NCBI GenBank assembly: GCA_051294905.1
Contig: CM119372.1
Location: 17,176,001-17,240,000 of the forward strand
Reading direction: 5' to 3'
DNA from: Botryllus schlosseri
Lineage: Eukaryota
DNA: 64,000 bases
In this document: one piece after another, positions 63,171 through 64,000 of the stretch
Layout: each line of letters starts with the position of its first letter
Numbering within the stretch: the stretch's first letter is position 1
The notes under the pieces: generated by a model
Database searches by the model: none
What the model was told of the DNA's origin: nothing
Seen by the model: the letters and a program-made list of their open reading frames with translations, nothing else
Position numbers and translations under genes: made by a program

Positions 63171-63207
63171 ACACGAGCTTTCGGAGCGCTGCTCCTTCAT
63201 CAGGTGT
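63171..63207 (-). ncRNA. Minimal type I hammerhead ribozyme of a Penelope-like element
   Basis: Minus strand reads ACAC CUGAUGA A GGAGC-AGC-GCUCC GAAA GC UC GUGU: catalytic boxes, stem II, short palindromic AGCU helix III and stem I ACAC/GUGU, followed by AATAAA. Confidence 0.85.
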
Positions 63208-63439
63208 CAAAGCGAAAGTAACGCAAAAAGAGCAACGCAAAAATATTTTCAATTTGAACATATGCATATTATGACATCATAGGGAATGAGAAATTCTAGA
63301 TACTGAAGTCGCGTACTCTATGACGTCATAGACACAAATATCAAGTTTTGATTTGAAATGCAAATAGTGAGTTGTGTGCCTAAAATCGGATTGGATAAGG
63401 TGTTTATATGCTAATTTGAAAGGAACAAAATTTGTTAAG

Positions 63440-64000
63440 TCAAGCATTCATGGTGTAGTGAGACATACATCCTCTATCTATATTCAGCCCTTGTCGGAAA
63501 GTATCAAATTTGTCGATATATTTTTGTTCTGTAGCCTTGCGGAGAGTAGCGTCTTCCATGTTCCCGACCAATACATTGATAGTCATGTCGCTCTCCGAGT
63601 GCCCAGCGGAAGAAAAATGATCACCGACAGGCTTCGATTTGTTACCTTTCGAGATATCATGTCGGTGACCATTTACTCTCTTGTGGAGAGGTTGACTGGT
63701 TTCTCCTACGTACCATGCATTCGTACATCCTTTTCGACAGCGAATCAAATATACGACATTACTTGATTTACAAGTAAAATGGCCTTTGATGTTGTGCCGG
63801 GCGGGTCCTCTTGTAATCACGGTGCTGTGATTGAGAATAGCACACGTCTTGCATGATGGCTGTCCGCAATTTTCCACGCCATTTTCTCGTCTTGACCGAG
63901 GTAGCCTACTATTTACCAAAATGTTACGCAAGTTGCGTGGTTGCCGGATGGCTAAAATAGGTCTTCTCGGGAATACTTCATTGCATTTCGGATCGTTGAT
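63440..64000 (-). CDS. GIY-YIG endonuclease C-terminus of a Penelope-like (Neptune-type) retroelement
   Basis: Open from the window end: FPRRPILAIRQPRNLRNILV, Cys linker CGQPSCKTC, then NVVYLIRC...YVGET...RVNGHR...HF...H...E...GLN. Confidence 0.93.
   Translation of the reverse strand: MNDPKCNEVFPRRPILAIRQPRNLRNILVNSRLPRSRRENGVENCGQPSCKTCAILNHSTVITRGPARHNIKGHFTCKSSNVVYLIRCRKGCTNAWYVGETSQPLHKRVNGHRHDISKGNKSKPVGDHFSSAGHSESDMTINVLVGNMEDATLRKATEQKYIDKFDTFRQGLNIDRGCMSHYTMNA

Larger units (their letters stand above)
63125..64000 (-). mobile_element. Penelope-like retroelement 3' part and pseudo-LTR, antisense in a TEP intron
   Basis: GIY-YIG ORF, hammerhead and polyA signal. The outer boundary is approximate. 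Confidence 0.85.

Noticed and set aside
63374..63766. 130-aa plus-strand ORF
   Set aside because: Antisense shadow of the GIY-YIG ORF.

Overview
Eukaryotic, AT-rich animal genomic DNA with short GT-AG introns and dense transposon content. The style suggests an invertebrate deuterostome such as an ascidian, but that is inference. Four host genes can be assembled by hand. (1) An intron-poor MGAT5/GT18 GlcNAc-transferase V gene on the minus strand, running off the window start. (2) An MTRES1 (C6orf203) orthologue on the minus strand with 3 coding exons. (3) An intronless FLVCR/SLC49-like MFS transporter on the plus strand. (4) The N-terminal part of an alpha-2-macroglobulin/thioester-protein (TEP) gene on the plus strand, with at least 14 exons and an apparent 1-nt frameshift, running off the window end. 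The window ends in a Neptune/Penelope-like retroelement with a GIY-YIG endonuclease ORF and a minimal hammerhead ribozyme. Introns and intergenic DNA are filled with nested non-autonomous DNA transposons (hAT, CACTG/EnSpm-like, Chapaev3-like, P-like, pogo-like), tRNA-derived SINEs and retroelement tails. The most unusual signals come from aligning paralogous repeat copies: recurrent TA-GGCC-TA / TA-GCC-TA micro-insertions and 14-31 bp TSD-flanked palindromes, both resembling transposon excision footprints. No CRISPR array, rRNA or genuine tRNA gene was found. All family assignments are from recalled motifs, not database searches.
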